DNA of 54,649 nt, counting the filler, from Bipalium vagum (taxonomy: Eukaryota), in NCBI GenBank assembly GCA_037834085.1. It is 3 parts of 3 records of this genome, joined end to end, with 100 filler letters (N's around TTAATTAATTAA, not from the genome) between each part and the next. Parts side by side here need not be neighbours in the genome. Positions count along the whole stretch, not along the records: positions 1 to 15,729 come from JBBMKC010149066.1; positions 15,830 to 32,856 come from JBBMKC010081915.1; 1 more part is not named here. One strand, 5' to 3'. Both the position numbers and the translations under genes were made by a program. The notes under the pieces were generated by a model. The model saw only the letters and a program-made list of their open reading frames with translations. It was not told the DNA's origin and did not search any database. The first letter of the stretch is position 1. Every line of letters starts with the position of its first letter. Positions 13,100 through 25,504 of the stretch are shown here, one piece after another.

Positions 13100-15087
13100 C
13101 CTTTCATAATCCAGTAATAAAAAACTTTTTATCCTCCGAAAGATTTGATATTTCTAAATTCAAAAGATAAGCAATAAAATAAACAAAATTAAATATTTAA
13201 GACAAACCATTAACGCAAAAAATAGTCATTTATTAAATCCACTTTTTTATTGCATGAAGTATGAATATTAATTATTTCAAACATAATTATTTTTAATTAA
13301 TTATTTTTTTTAATATTATTTATTTATTATTTTACTGTCATTATTTTAATTATGTTTTAATTATTCTTTCATTTATAATTCTTTATGTTTCGAAAAATAA
13401 CTTGTCAAGACGAAATGTCTATGATGTCTGTAATATAGAAAAAAATCTATCACAGATTTTAAACAAAAAATTGCCAATGGTAATCCAAGTAAGTTTTAAT
13501 TATATTGATACTGAAATTCACTGAAAGAGCTACAAAAAAACATTCTTTCTTTAATCAAAATTTAATTAAGGCTGATTAAATGTTGATAAACATTAGAGAT
13601 AGATTTTGTCAAAAATGTTTAAAATTCTAATCAATCGTTTTTTCAGTATGTTCTGCCGTTGGCGATTTCCGTTCAAGACCTGAAAACGCCTTCAGAAAGA
13701 GATAAGATAATTCTATCTTTATAATTGCTCGTGTAAACCGAGATTGGCCACAGCAAACAAAACCGAGGTGATAAAATTAAGAGGATTTTTCCATCGATAA
13801 TTTGGATTCATTTTCCTTTAGATATTTATCTGCTTAAATGAAAACAGAAGCTTTTCACACGGGTTAAATGAGAGGGAACAGTTGATAATACCGATAGCAA
13901 TTAATACGGTAATACCTACATAATTATAAATTGTTAATTTACATAGATTCGCTTTCTATCATTATATTCAGTACGTTGGACAAATCCGCATCAGATAGTT
14001 TGCTGAAAAATACTTTCACAATAAAATGTATAATCTTTTTTCTCTAAATATAATGATCCAGCCTCTTTATTATAAAATATATCCAATACGCAGGATGATA
14101 ATCGTGCTATTTATGAAAATTTATATAATAATAATTTTGGAGATAAACGAGAATTATTTTCTTATTATTATTAATAATATTTTACGTATTATATATTTTA
14201 ACATAAAATATATAAAATAAAATAAATAAATAATTTTTCCTGTTGAATTTAATTTTTTTAGAAAATCAATGAGTCAGGTTTTTTTAGAATTTCTACATGT
14301 ATAAAAATCTTTCTGAAAATACATTCTTTCAACTTTGAAATATTAAAGAATAATTATGTTAAGATTAACAAATTTGATAAATGAATAAATTTCGATTTAA
14401 TCATCAAATAGAAAGAAAAGCCGAAGAGAATATTTTAGTTCTCTTTTGTTATGAATTTCGCTGAAAAATAATTTAGATAATATAATATTCTTGTTAAAAT
14501 TTTAATTACTTAACGTGGGTCCTCAATGATTTAAAAATAATTTTTTTGGTGTTTTTTTTTGTGATTAATTTTTCAAAAATTAATTCAGTGATATTTAAAA
14601 TGAAGATTTTCGAAATATTTTAATTCGAATAAAATCTTTAATAAAATAAAATGATCTTTTTCAGTACATTTTCTCTACCATCATATTTATTTAGTAATAT
14701 ATTATGATTAAAATTATCATATAATTTGAGTTCAAGGCAAAAAAAGGAAAACCAAAATTTGAATGAATACCTTAATGAAAGATCTATAAGTGAAAAAAAT
14801 GCCTATTTTTAATATTCTTAAAAAAATAAGAGATTAATAAAATAAATATTTATACAAAAAAATATTGAAAATTATTCTGTACAATAATCACCATCATTCT
14901 CTATGTATTTTAACCATTTTCAGGTACCTGGATTATTCCTGTCTGGAAAAAAATGACTATTTTGAATAATAATTGAAGATGGATTTTTGAAGACAATCAA
15001 TCGTTTTGAACTGTCAATGAGCAAATGATATTGAAAAAGTTTGAATTAATAATTTTCTGGTAGGGTCTTCCAAACATTGAAAAAAAC

Positions 15088-15200
15088 TCAAATGGTATTA
15101 CTTGTTCGGGCAGAATGTTGTGAATCCACAGAAGATGAAGCCCGTTCTGGTCGTCTATCAACATCGATAACAAAAGGAAATGTGCAAACTGTGAGGATCT
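15088..15200 (+). mobile_element. mariner transposase N-terminal fragment
   Basis: 'KWY.LF...CESTEDEARSGRLSTSITKGNVQTVR' matches mariner W..RF..GRESxEDxxRSGRP. Confidence 0.65.
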
Positions 15201-15323
15201 CAAAATCAAAACTAATTTAAATTAGTTTTGATTTTAAAAGTTTATTATTTAAACTAACTATTAATATTTAAATGATAGCTTTGTTTAAATAGTTTTGTGA
15301 TACTCAAATATAGATTTTTGAAA

Positions 15324-15729
15324 ATGGATGTTGAAGACTTGTCTAATAATATCAACGTTACTAACATGGCTCACCAACACCATCTGGACATTATTGCAGC
15401 CAGATTGATGCCAGAAAAGTTCAGAAGAGGCGATGATCTGTATAATTTTATTAAGGAATGTGACAGGTACTTCTCTTTATTGAAGATCCCAAATTCTTCT
15501 AGGACAGCATTAGTGATTGGATTTTTGGACCAAGAATTAATCTCCACTTATGAAGCAATGAGCGCAGAAGTGAAAACCTTTGACGAAAAGTTGCGCAAAG
15601 CATTTCAGAAAAGAAGTTCAATGATTGAATACGTACAAACAGCTCTCCACTTCAAGAGGACAAATGAAACAGCAGAAAAATACTTTGAAAAAGTAGAAAA
15701 GCTAGTGGATAAATTGCTGTCACATGCAT
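15324..15729 (+). mobile_element. Ty3/Gypsy gag N-terminal region, cut by the assembly gap
   Basis: Open 135-codon frame 'MDVEDL...LMPEKFRRGDDLYNFIKECDRYF...DEKLRKAF' is homologous to the gag at 38152 onward ('LRPDLFQRSDDVDKFLHKCKDYL...EERMRKAF'). Confidence 0.8.
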
Positions 15730-15829
15730 NNNNNNNNNNNNNNNNNNNNNNNNNNNNNNNNNNNNNNNNNNNNTTAATTAATTAANNNNNNNNNNNNNNN
15801 NNNNNNNNNNNNNNNNNNNNNNNNNNNNN
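15730..15829. other. Artificial scaffold linker N44-TTAATTAATTAA-N44
   Basis: Exactly 100 nt, with a 12-mer giving stops in all six frames. Confidence 0.98.
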
Positions 15830-18401
15830 CAAGAAACACTGATTTTACTAATGAAATACGACTGTCTATACAAAACAAAGTCGATTGCATTACTTTTGCA
15901 CCAACCGAATATATAGAAGAAAAATATCGAAGCTCAAAGATTTGACAGATGAAACCTAAGAAGAGGCAGCTAAATGATTAAAAACATTGTGAATTCTTTT
16001 TATCGTCAAATACAACATTGTATTAGTGTATTGGATGTTCTATTGAAAAATATTAATTTTTAATATTTTAATTTATTAATATTTTTAATTTATATTTTTT
16101 TTTATTTTAAATTTATTTCATTGTGTCAAAATTCTAAAGAGTTATTTTAAGTATTTTTAAAATATTATATTTTAAAATCTGAAACTTGTTTTTTACACAT
16201 CGTGTACAGTATTAATAATATTTCTAATAAAAGCCTTAATTAACGACATTTGTGATACTTCTCAATTCCGTGGAAAATGACTCGGAAGATTTATCGAGGT
16301 ACAAGAGATTAGATTTCGATCAACGTAATGAAAACCAGAGTTTATATTAATATTATACTGACCTCAGATCAAACCGTAAACTCTTGAAAGTGAATCTACC
16401 AAAACTCTTCTAAATGAATTTAACGTTAAGTTTTAATCTAGCTTCAGTCATAATCAGTCACACATACAATAGACAGAACTTTAATAATGATAAAATAAAT
16501 TTAGAATTAAAATTTTAATTAGTGTTTTTTCTTCAATCAATATTTTTTACATAGATTCATCTGTGTTCCAGGTTTACAAACGAATTGATCTTGAGCATTT
16601 TCTCTTCAAATCGAAAATAATAAACCTGTGTCATTTTATAATTCTTAAATATATAATAAATAATAAAAAATATATAATTCTTGAACTTTGACAAATACGT
16701 ATTTATGAAAAAATGGTGGTATTTCGCTATTATAATTACTTAATATATATAATAATATATATAATATAATTATTATGATTAATTTTTTTATTATTTTTAT
16801 TTTTATTATTATTATTATTATTTGTTAATTTCTATGATTGCTGTTTTTTATTTTATTATTAAGTATTTTTTATTATAATTATTTATTTTTAAATTTCTAC
16901 TTTCAAATAAGATCAATTAGATCATTCTTTTGTGTTCAGAACTCCTGATATTCTTTCGCAAACAAGGTAATAAGACTCTTATCGAAAATGGTACCAGATT
17001 ACAATAAAATTCATCCTCAAATTTTTACTAACTTAAAGAAAAATCTTCATTGACTGATAATTATCATCTCTGGTGACTTGACTTTGGTTAGCTCGTTGGG
17101 TGGTTCAACATTGATCCCAGAAAGTAATTCTAGCATACTCAAATGTTTTCTTAAGTTCAGTAGAGCATATTCAACTTCGTCTTTGATTGAACCATTTTAC
17201 TTAGATTTTGATCAATAATATTTCTAAAACGACTTGGATCCACTCGAATTGAATGAATGGAGTGAGGCGCATTGTTCAAAAGGAAATCTCAAGAATTCGC
17301 GAGACCTCTTTGGCATGATCACTTTTTAAGATACATGATATTTGCTTTGAATGAATTTCTACGCTAACACAGTGTTCTTCATTGTCATTTGAAATTATCC
17401 GAAATATGGAATGGATAATATTTATTCGATAAAACAAAAATATTTTTCTATTTTTGTTCTTTTGCATAATATTTAAGCAAATTATTATTTAAATAATATT
17501 TAAAATTTAACTAAAAATATTAATAAAAAATTAAATTTTTTATATAATTAAAAAAATTCTTTTCAAAAAATAAATAAATAAAAATTATTTAAGATTCCCG
17601 ATAATTTTATTAGATTAATTTTAATAATATATTCCTCATATTATGGTAATCCATACGTAATAACGTAATTTTGTTTACCTATTTCAAAATTTTTTATAAT
17701 TTATTATATAGATAAAAACATTTGAATTAATTGATTAAAAAATCATAGGTAATTTAATATTCTATCACAACTTAAATGAATTTAAAATAAAAATAAACGT
17801 AATTTAATATTTTATTTTAGTTATAGCAATAGCGGAAAAACTTGAAATTCTGGTACTCCTCAAACATTATTGGAAACAAAATTTCAGTGCTATTGCAGCG
17901 GTCAAAAATTATGCGAGGTGAGAGGTGAGGGTTATGTCACCAATCGTAAGTTTCAAAGATGGTTCAAAAAAATTAATAATATAAGCACTTGCATGAACAT
18001 TAAATTGAACTTATCCAAAAGATGTTAACAATATTAAATTTTTAACAATTTTAGTATTAAAACCCACGCGAACTTATTTACCTACTTGTACAATATTAAT
18101 TATAGAATTTCACAAACACAAAGCCATAACTCAGTTGCTTCAGACTGAACTAATGACAAAATGTTAAAATATTTTAATGACAAACATTAATCAGTTTAAT
18201 AATAATTATTATTTCTTCAAAATCAATTTAACAAAGTTAGAGATAATTACAACTCTGGATTGTTATCAGATAATCATGATTAATATATATAAAATTAAAT
18301 TTTGTTTTAATCATCATATTTATTATATGGATTTATATATATAGCAGTTTTGAATCATGAGAAAATATCAAAGAAAAATAAAAAGAAAAACACTTATCTA
18401 C

Positions 18402-18575
18402 CTTATTACATCCCGAATGAAGGCAATGATAATGAGTTTGTCGACCATTATATGTACACATAAATTCATTGCAATCATCGTTTGGACTGAATCTCATGAA
18501 ATTGAACTGAAGGCTTTCCTCTCGTTTCTTGTGCCATTTCGAATGTCTGATCATTTCTTCACGACGTTGCATAAT
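18402..18575 (-). CDS. cas: castor/CASZ1 zinc-finger transcription factor, coding exon 4 of those seen
   Basis: TAG|IMQRREEMIRHSKWHKKREESLQFNFMRFSPNDDCNEFMCTYNGRQTHYHCLHSGCNK|GT. Diagnostic castor EEMIRHxKWHKKR.ESL / QTHYHC motifs; 174 nt, phase 0/0. Confidence 0.93.
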
Positions 18576-18627
18576 CTAAGGGTTGTTATCAATGGATATT
18601 GATGAAATTTATCACAGAGAGTCACAC

Positions 18628-18764
18628 CTTTTTACATTTGATACAATGAAAATGGTCTCTCAGCAAATCTTTTTGACATTGCTCATCTTTACAATCTTCA
18701 AAGCTCGAATACCTTTTGATTCCGTCCTCTTTCATGTCAGTGTAACTCAGCTCAGAATTTTTGA
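18628..18764 (-). CDS. cas: castor/CASZ1 coding exon 3 (first castor zinc finger)
   Basis: CAG|(V)KNSELSYTDMKEDGIKRYSSFEDCKDEQCQKDLLRDHFHCIKCKK|GTGTGA. A 52-nt GT-AG intron (18576-18627) joins it in frame to the next exon. Confidence 0.92.
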
Positions 18765-20543
18765 CTGAAAAATAATATTATTATAAAATCATAGAAAATA
18801 ATTCTTCTTATATTCCTAGATTTATTTTTTACAATTAAAAGTACTATTTTTATTATTTCATTGTAATATTTAATTTTTTATTATTACTTTATTATTACAT
18901 TATTTTTATTGTTTTTTATTATTTATTTTATTAAATATTTTTGTCTTCATTTTATTCAGTATTATTTCTAAATTTCCTTAGATTTTTTATTTTATTATTA
19001 TATTATTTTTTATTATTTATTCTTTTATGAATATTATTGCATCATTTTATTTATTATTATTTCTAAATTTGCTTTGCAATTTATTATTATTATTTATTTT
19101 ATTTTCATGATGAATATTTGAATATTTTCAATTTAAAAAATAAAAAATATATATTTAATATATTTAATATAAATTTCACGAATTATTTATTTCTAAATTA
19201 TAAAAAAAGAATCTCAATTTTTAATTTTTTAATTTTTTTTTATTTTTTTAATATTTTAATTAATTTTTGCGACTTAAAATACGTCGTTTTGTTAACCAAA
19301 AGACAATAGAAAAATAAACTGTAATCGGATTTAAACAATAATAACATTTCTGTTCAAGAATTGAGAATCATTTCATTCTGATCTGAAAACTAAAGACGTC
19401 CCCTGACCGTTTCTCAGTCTCAGAAAAATCTTTATCAAAAATTTATTTTATTATTATATTTTTCAGATTTCATTTAATTATGACCGACAAAAGGGAAACC
19501 ATTTTCCACTATTTTCAACAATATTTTCATTTTCGTTTCAATTAAGGCCATTGGTTTTATTATTTGGGTTAATTATCCCATTTAAAATTGTATAAAATTT
19601 CAAGTTATGATTCAGTTAATAAAAAATGGATAAAAAGTTGCAAAACACGATCAAAAAATCATTTAATGATGCTATCGTTAATAATTTGGTGATGGAAACT
19701 GTTTATGGTGAAATTTTATGTTTTCAATAAAAAACTGCAACTTCGGCAATGTATCGATTCCCCTCGTTTTCTCCTAAGCCCTAACGACAGAAGAAATAAA
19801 TTATCACAGAAATATATCGTAACTTCATCCATATGACTTGGCGGGTAGAATTCAGACATTTCTTGCTTACTTGATGGATTCAAAAATACAAATATCTCGG
19901 GATTCCCCAGAGGAATCGGTGTTTGTGGTATGAAAATAAGTCTTTATTTTTATTTTCGAAACGGCAGCTGTCCAGGACAAGCTGCAAAAGATTATGGTGT
20001 ATACATACCTATTAGAAAGGTTTCTGATAAGCTGCGTTTTTTCTGAATTAAAGGTCGAAGCTCCAAGGTTTAGGTACCCCACTTTCTCTCTCTCTTGAGA
20101 TACGATAGTAAAATAATTAATTCAGTTTTTCAGCTAAATTACCCTTTGAAAAAATGTTCATGTTAAAAACATTAATTTTAAATTTTAAAAAATTTTAATC
20201 ATTTTTTTCGAATTCATCACTCTCCCTAATTTAGAGATATTTTTTCATTTTTTTATAAAGTTGAGATATTAAAATAAAAATAACAATTTTTTTCTTAATT
20301 ACCTTACGTTAAATAATAAATTATTTTATTGCTTGTCTTTTTTGTGGGACTCATAATTGTAAAATACTTTCTCAAAATTGGTATAAATTATACATGAAGA
20401 TATTTTAATTATTTTTTATAAATTAAAACAAAACCTTATAAAAGTAAAATATTTTAAATTTTAAAAATAACTCCTCGGGAATGATCTCTTCAGATCGTCA
20501 TCTTTAAAAATCGGATTTCTATTTAAACCTGTTTTATTACTTA

Positions 20544-21357
20544 CTCCATACCATAACAAAACCGATTCGTTAAAATTAATTATAATAAAATCAGACAAAT
20601 AATATTAACAAAGCTTATCATAACGAATGTGGTACATTTATATTTAAACCTTTCTGCTTTATAATTTCCTTTGTTATCCGAGATTTACTTTCAAAACTGG
20701 GAGTCAACGTTTCAGGCTTAGTTAACTAGAAATTCTCTTCTAATGAAAACCACAGTTCGCCAACATTCTTACATTTATTCCAAAGATCGATATCGCTTGT
20801 ATTTAAATCTGGAGACTATGCTTGTTGGTTAATAGTGGTTATACTAGGAGCAAGATTTTCTCCGAAGACATTGAAGCGCTCAACATTATTCTTTCCAATG
20901 TGTAAGCGAGCATTGTCCATTTGCATAATCACATTCTGATACGAATGCATTTTGTTAAAAATCATAGGCATAACTTCAATGATCATCAATTCATGAAAAA
21001 TATCTTCCGTCATTAAGCAATCAATTTTGAATGAGTCACCCTTATGATGATTTTTCGAAGAATGCTGAGCCTCGACATTTTTCTGAATCCTCCAGATACC
21101 AATCAATAATTAAATTCATTTTCAACATCAGGATGTTTTCTTCGTGGACTGTTCTCATGATATCGTTCCCGCTGGAAGAGGTACAACTCAAACCACTCCT
21201 CATCATATGTCAACATGACCCTTTCATTGATGATGACAATTCTGTTGACACCATTTGATAGCGCTATCTATAATAATCAATATTACATCAATTAAACAAA
21301 CTAGACTTACAAATTCTTTTCTCAAATAAATAAATCGGGGTTTTTTATGGAATGAAT
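20544..21357 (-). mobile_element. Internally deleted plant-type (DD39D) mariner with both TIRs and TA target duplication
   Basis: Left TA|CTCCATACCATAACAAAACCGATT and right AATCGGGGTTTTTTATGGAATGAAT|TA. Motifs 'YDEEWF', 'IGIWRI...AQHSSKNHHKG', 'QMDNARLH', 'QQA*SPDLN'. Confidence 0.8.
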
Positions 21358-21999
21358 TATATTAATATTTATTTTAGAAATTTTGATTAATAATAGAAAA
21401 GACTTTTGAATAAAAAGGAAAATAATTTATTTGTTATTAAAATTAGTTTTCTGTAATCAGTATATTTCATTCACTAATTAATTATTCATTAATTAATAAA
21501 ATAATAATTTTCTCATTAATTATGTCTAATTTAATTTCCAACCATTGATAACGTATTTCTGAGTACTAATTATTTTATAATTCAACATAATCGTAGCTTA
21601 ATTAAGGTAAAATGAAAATAATAATAATAATAATAATATTTTTATAAAAATGTAATAAATCTGGAAATGGTGTTGAGATCATGTCTGTTGCAGATGTTTA
21701 TATTAAAGAACCAATGGTCATCGTCCATCTGGAAAAAACTATTAAGAAGGAATTAAAGTAGCAATCCGCAATTTTATGGAATCAGCAGTTAATGTTGAAT
21801 ATTTTGTTTTAATGTTAATTTTGAAAGTCATCAACTTTAATGATTATTTTAAATTAGTTTTACAGTCATAATTCTTAGAAAATATTTTTTATTGTCAGAT
21901 ATAAAATTGTAAGAAAAATATAACTTTCCATAATCCAATTAAATTAGGATATTTGTAAATCTGGTTTTATAAAATCCATAATTATTATAATTTATGTAT

Positions 22000-22002
<3 letters not shown>

Positions 22003-22044
<42 letters not shown>
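22003..22044. repeat. (AAT)n microsatellite
   Basis: About 13 AAT units. Confidence 0.9.
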
Positions 22045-22045
<1 letters not shown>

Positions 22046-22455
22046 TCAATAATATAAATTATAAATTTATCTAACCAGGTTTCATTTCTAATTTTTTTAA
22101 TGCCTCAAATTAGGATTTTTATTTATTATTGCTAATCATTTTTATTAAGATTTTTCTTTTAAGATAAATTCATTAAATATTATTCATTATGTTATTTATG
22201 TTATTATTAATATAATTAAATTTTATTAAAATACAAACATTGTTATATTATTTAATTTACATAAATAATAATATATTTTGGTTTCATATCTTAGCTTTGG
22301 TTCTTCGAATCTTTGAAAGCTTAAAGAAAATCATCAAGGCCAAATAGTATCATATAATTATTTTTATCAATTTATGTTTATTTATTATTATTGATTTATT
22401 ATTTATATCAATATTAATTATAATTTTTATTTATTTTTATTATTCAATTATAGAC

Positions 22456-22653
22456 CTTTCTCCAGTTGATGAAGTGCCATTGATGAATTGAAAAAGTCAA
22501 CTTTGTGGTCTTTAGTACTGTTAGATGGTGGCATTTCTTTCGAAGAATCTTCGCTTTTAGAGTCTGAATTCGAAGATGTATGAGATGCCATTGGATTTCC
22601 AAAGCTTTGGGATTGCATGGATGAGTTGAGAAATTTGAACTGATCAATTTGTT
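22456..22653 (-). CDS. cas: castor/CASZ1 coding exon 2 (Ser-rich linker)
   Basis: CAG|(E)QIDQFKFLNSSMQSQSFGNPMASHTSSNSDSKSEDSSKEMPPSNSTKDHKVDFFNSSMALHQLEK|GT. 198 nt, phase 1/1, compatible with both neighbouring exons; the frame differs from the listed ORF. Donor GTCTAT is weak. Confidence 0.75.
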
Positions 22654-25134
22654 CTGAGCAGAAATATAAATAAATAAATAATTCATTAGAAAAAGATGTG
22701 TTGAAAAAACAATTATCATCATCATCATTGAGAACTCAAAGAAGGACTCGATGATTTGTGCATCAAATTATCATTTTACTCTATCAATATCAATATATTT
22801 TGAAGTTTCTGAAGTATCTTGATCGCTAAGGCATTTTGTTGAAGGTTTTTTTTTGGTAATTGTTAGTAAATAACAAGTACAATGAGCACAATCAACATTA
22901 TCATGATCAAGTTACAAACGTCTCGGCAAGTTTCAAGAAAAATGTAGAGATGAATTTCTATGATTACACAAGATCCATTAGCTCGTAGACTAAATAAAAT
23001 AATATCTCACTGAATCCGTTTGATATTTGGAGTGAAACAGAGTTGAAACAATAAGAAAAATATTGTCTGAGAAGAGCAAGGGTGCTAAAATGATGAGAAG
23101 TTTTTGCGATGAAGAAAAATACGTCTTTGATGCTTGGCTGACATGTGGTAAACAATGACAAAAAAGCTTACCCATAAATCATCTACAGTCCATCATATCT
23201 CAAAACCTTATCTGCATGACAATAGCCATATTGTCAAGGCAACGATTCGTATATTTTCTACATAACAATGGCGATATACATCTTTCAAATATTTCTTTTT
23301 CAAAAATAATTCATCAACTAAAATAATAAATATCCGGATTAAAAAAAATTTCATTGTTACTTTTTTCCAACTCCTGATAAAAATCTTACACTGGGTTAAT
23401 GCTCACAAGACCAGCAGGCCCATATGATATTCCGTCAAGAATATGTTGTTTAGTAGCAATAAGCTTTAGAAATTAGAAAAACTGTTCGATTTTATTTTCT
23501 ATATTATCCGACACATAGACAAAAGATACTAAGAGGAGATTGTGAAAAAGAGAAAGAGAAAATGTAGAAAAATCCACTCAACTCAAAATCATTAACAATT
23601 GTTCACAAAATGTCTTTTGTTGCGATTTTTAGCCAAAATATCTTTTTCTCTGTCCCTGAAGTGATTCGTAAAGGCCTAGCTGACAAATATTAATTTTCAT
23701 AAGAATAAAAATGAAGGGAAAAGTCTCTATTATTATCATGAAATCTAACAGTCCTCTGCTCATACCTCTTGTCAATCAAGTTCCATTTTACCAATATTCA
23801 ACTTCCTTCTGAACAACCTGAGAGCTTTGTTTTAAACAATAGTATCCATATTTGAATATATTATATTTTAATTTTAAAAAATCTGATAATGTCAGAGATT
23901 TGCCGCTTATCTATTATTTTTTATGAATTCGCTGATTGTTATAAATTAAAATATCATTTTACTTTTTATTGAGTTTAATTTTATTGTTTTAATTAACAAC
24001 CACTGTCAAATAAGCCTCTTTATCTGGCTAATTAACAGCTTGGAAAAAAATATGGAAATATTATTTTTTCTTTCATTTCTTCTTCAAATGAAAATATAAA
24101 ACATTTACCAAAAAAAAAGAATGCACAATCAAACCTTTTTTTTCCTCGTTATTGTTTCATTTGTTTTTTTATCGTTATATTTTTACAATAGAATTTTTGA
24201 AATAGCGACTATTTTTATATCTCTATATAATAATGCGTTCAATGGGAAACTTTTAAGCGTAAAGTCTCAATTTTTCTTCGGGGAATATTGTCAATATAAA
24301 ATTATTCAGATTTTTCAATAAATCGTTGTTTGAAAAAGCGGTTTTAAATATAAAAAACGGGAATTCTAGGCCCATTGATTAAAACAAATAATAGTGGGTA
24401 GATTGTAAATAATTTAATCCCACAAAAAAGTGAAAAACAATTGAGTCTTATTAATAATTAAAAATTGTGATGCCGACAAAATTTACGAAAAATAGTTCTT
24501 ATTCATCTCTATAGAAACGAAATATCATATTTGTGGCGGGGTTAGCCTTCCATTTTAATACTTCTTTTTATTTTTAATAAAAGCAATAAAAGAAAATTAT
24601 ATTGATTAGAATATTCCGAACAATGGAATATTATTTTACTAATAAGCATTCTTTTGAAGTTTTTATTTTATATAATTATTTATTCAATCAATCATCAATT
24701 AATGAATAATTATTTTTGTTTAATCACTTTTCTGGATCATTCATTAAAAATGTATGATATTCATTTTTTCATAATTCATCAGACAATAGCTGATGGTGAA
24801 AGGTGTTGAAATTTTATAAAAATGTTGAATTAATTATATTAATTATTATGAAGATATTAATTTAATATATTATTATTAATATATTAATTTAAAAATTTAT
24901 TTTATTTTTTCATTATTTTATTTTATTTTATTATGATATTATTTTTATGTTTACAAAACGATAAAGTTGAATCACAATATTCGAAAATAATTGGAAGATC
25001 ATTGGAAAAAAAATTAAAAATAAATTATATAATTCCAAGTTAAAAAACCAATGAAAAATAAAATATAATTTCCTCAGAAAGTCTCAACGCTTAATCAAAC
25101 GATATTTTGTCAATAATAAATCTTTGGAAAATAC

Positions 25135-25504
25135 CTTGGTGATTTGGAAGGTATTTTGTCAGCGGTTTCTGTAAGAAACTTTGCAAATTCATCGTTGAAT
25201 TCACTCCGTAGTCCGAATCTGGATTTCCATTTAAAGCGACATTATTGGAAAAGGTCCGATGGTTTAATCGCAAATCTAGAGCTCCACAGGACTGGTCCAA
25301 TGTATCTTCTTGCAAACAATCTTTATCAGCAATATTTTTAGGAGCACATGTTTTTCTCTTACGGCGTCTTGAATTGAAATCATCCGGGAAATGTTCCATG
25401 TTCATTGCTGAATTTGGGAAAAAGACACAATTGACATCCTTCTCATCTCTGTTTGCCATTGGTTTGTTTTGAAGTTTAGCACAAATCGCTTCAACCTCCG
25501 CCAT
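25135..25504 (-). CDS. cas: castor/CASZ1 first visible coding exon
   Basis: TTCCAG|ATG MAEVEAICAK...SRRRKRKTCAPK...ALDLR...YLPNHQ G|GTATTT. Basic NLS-like cluster and PxDLS-like motif; the phase-1 donor fits exon 2. Confidence 0.75.

Noticed and set aside
15774-15785. TTAATTAATTAA palindrome within N runs (also 32901-32912)
   Set aside because: Artificial six-frame-stop linker; not biological.
16617-16626. CAG|GTTTAT acceptor giving 'VY...' as the next castor exon
   Set aside because: Continues VYYFRFEEK...* with no castor motif.
16900-17467. Coding-looking minus-strand stretch (ORF 17276-17467)
   Set aside because: Stops in all frames, no recognisable motif and no consistent splice structure.
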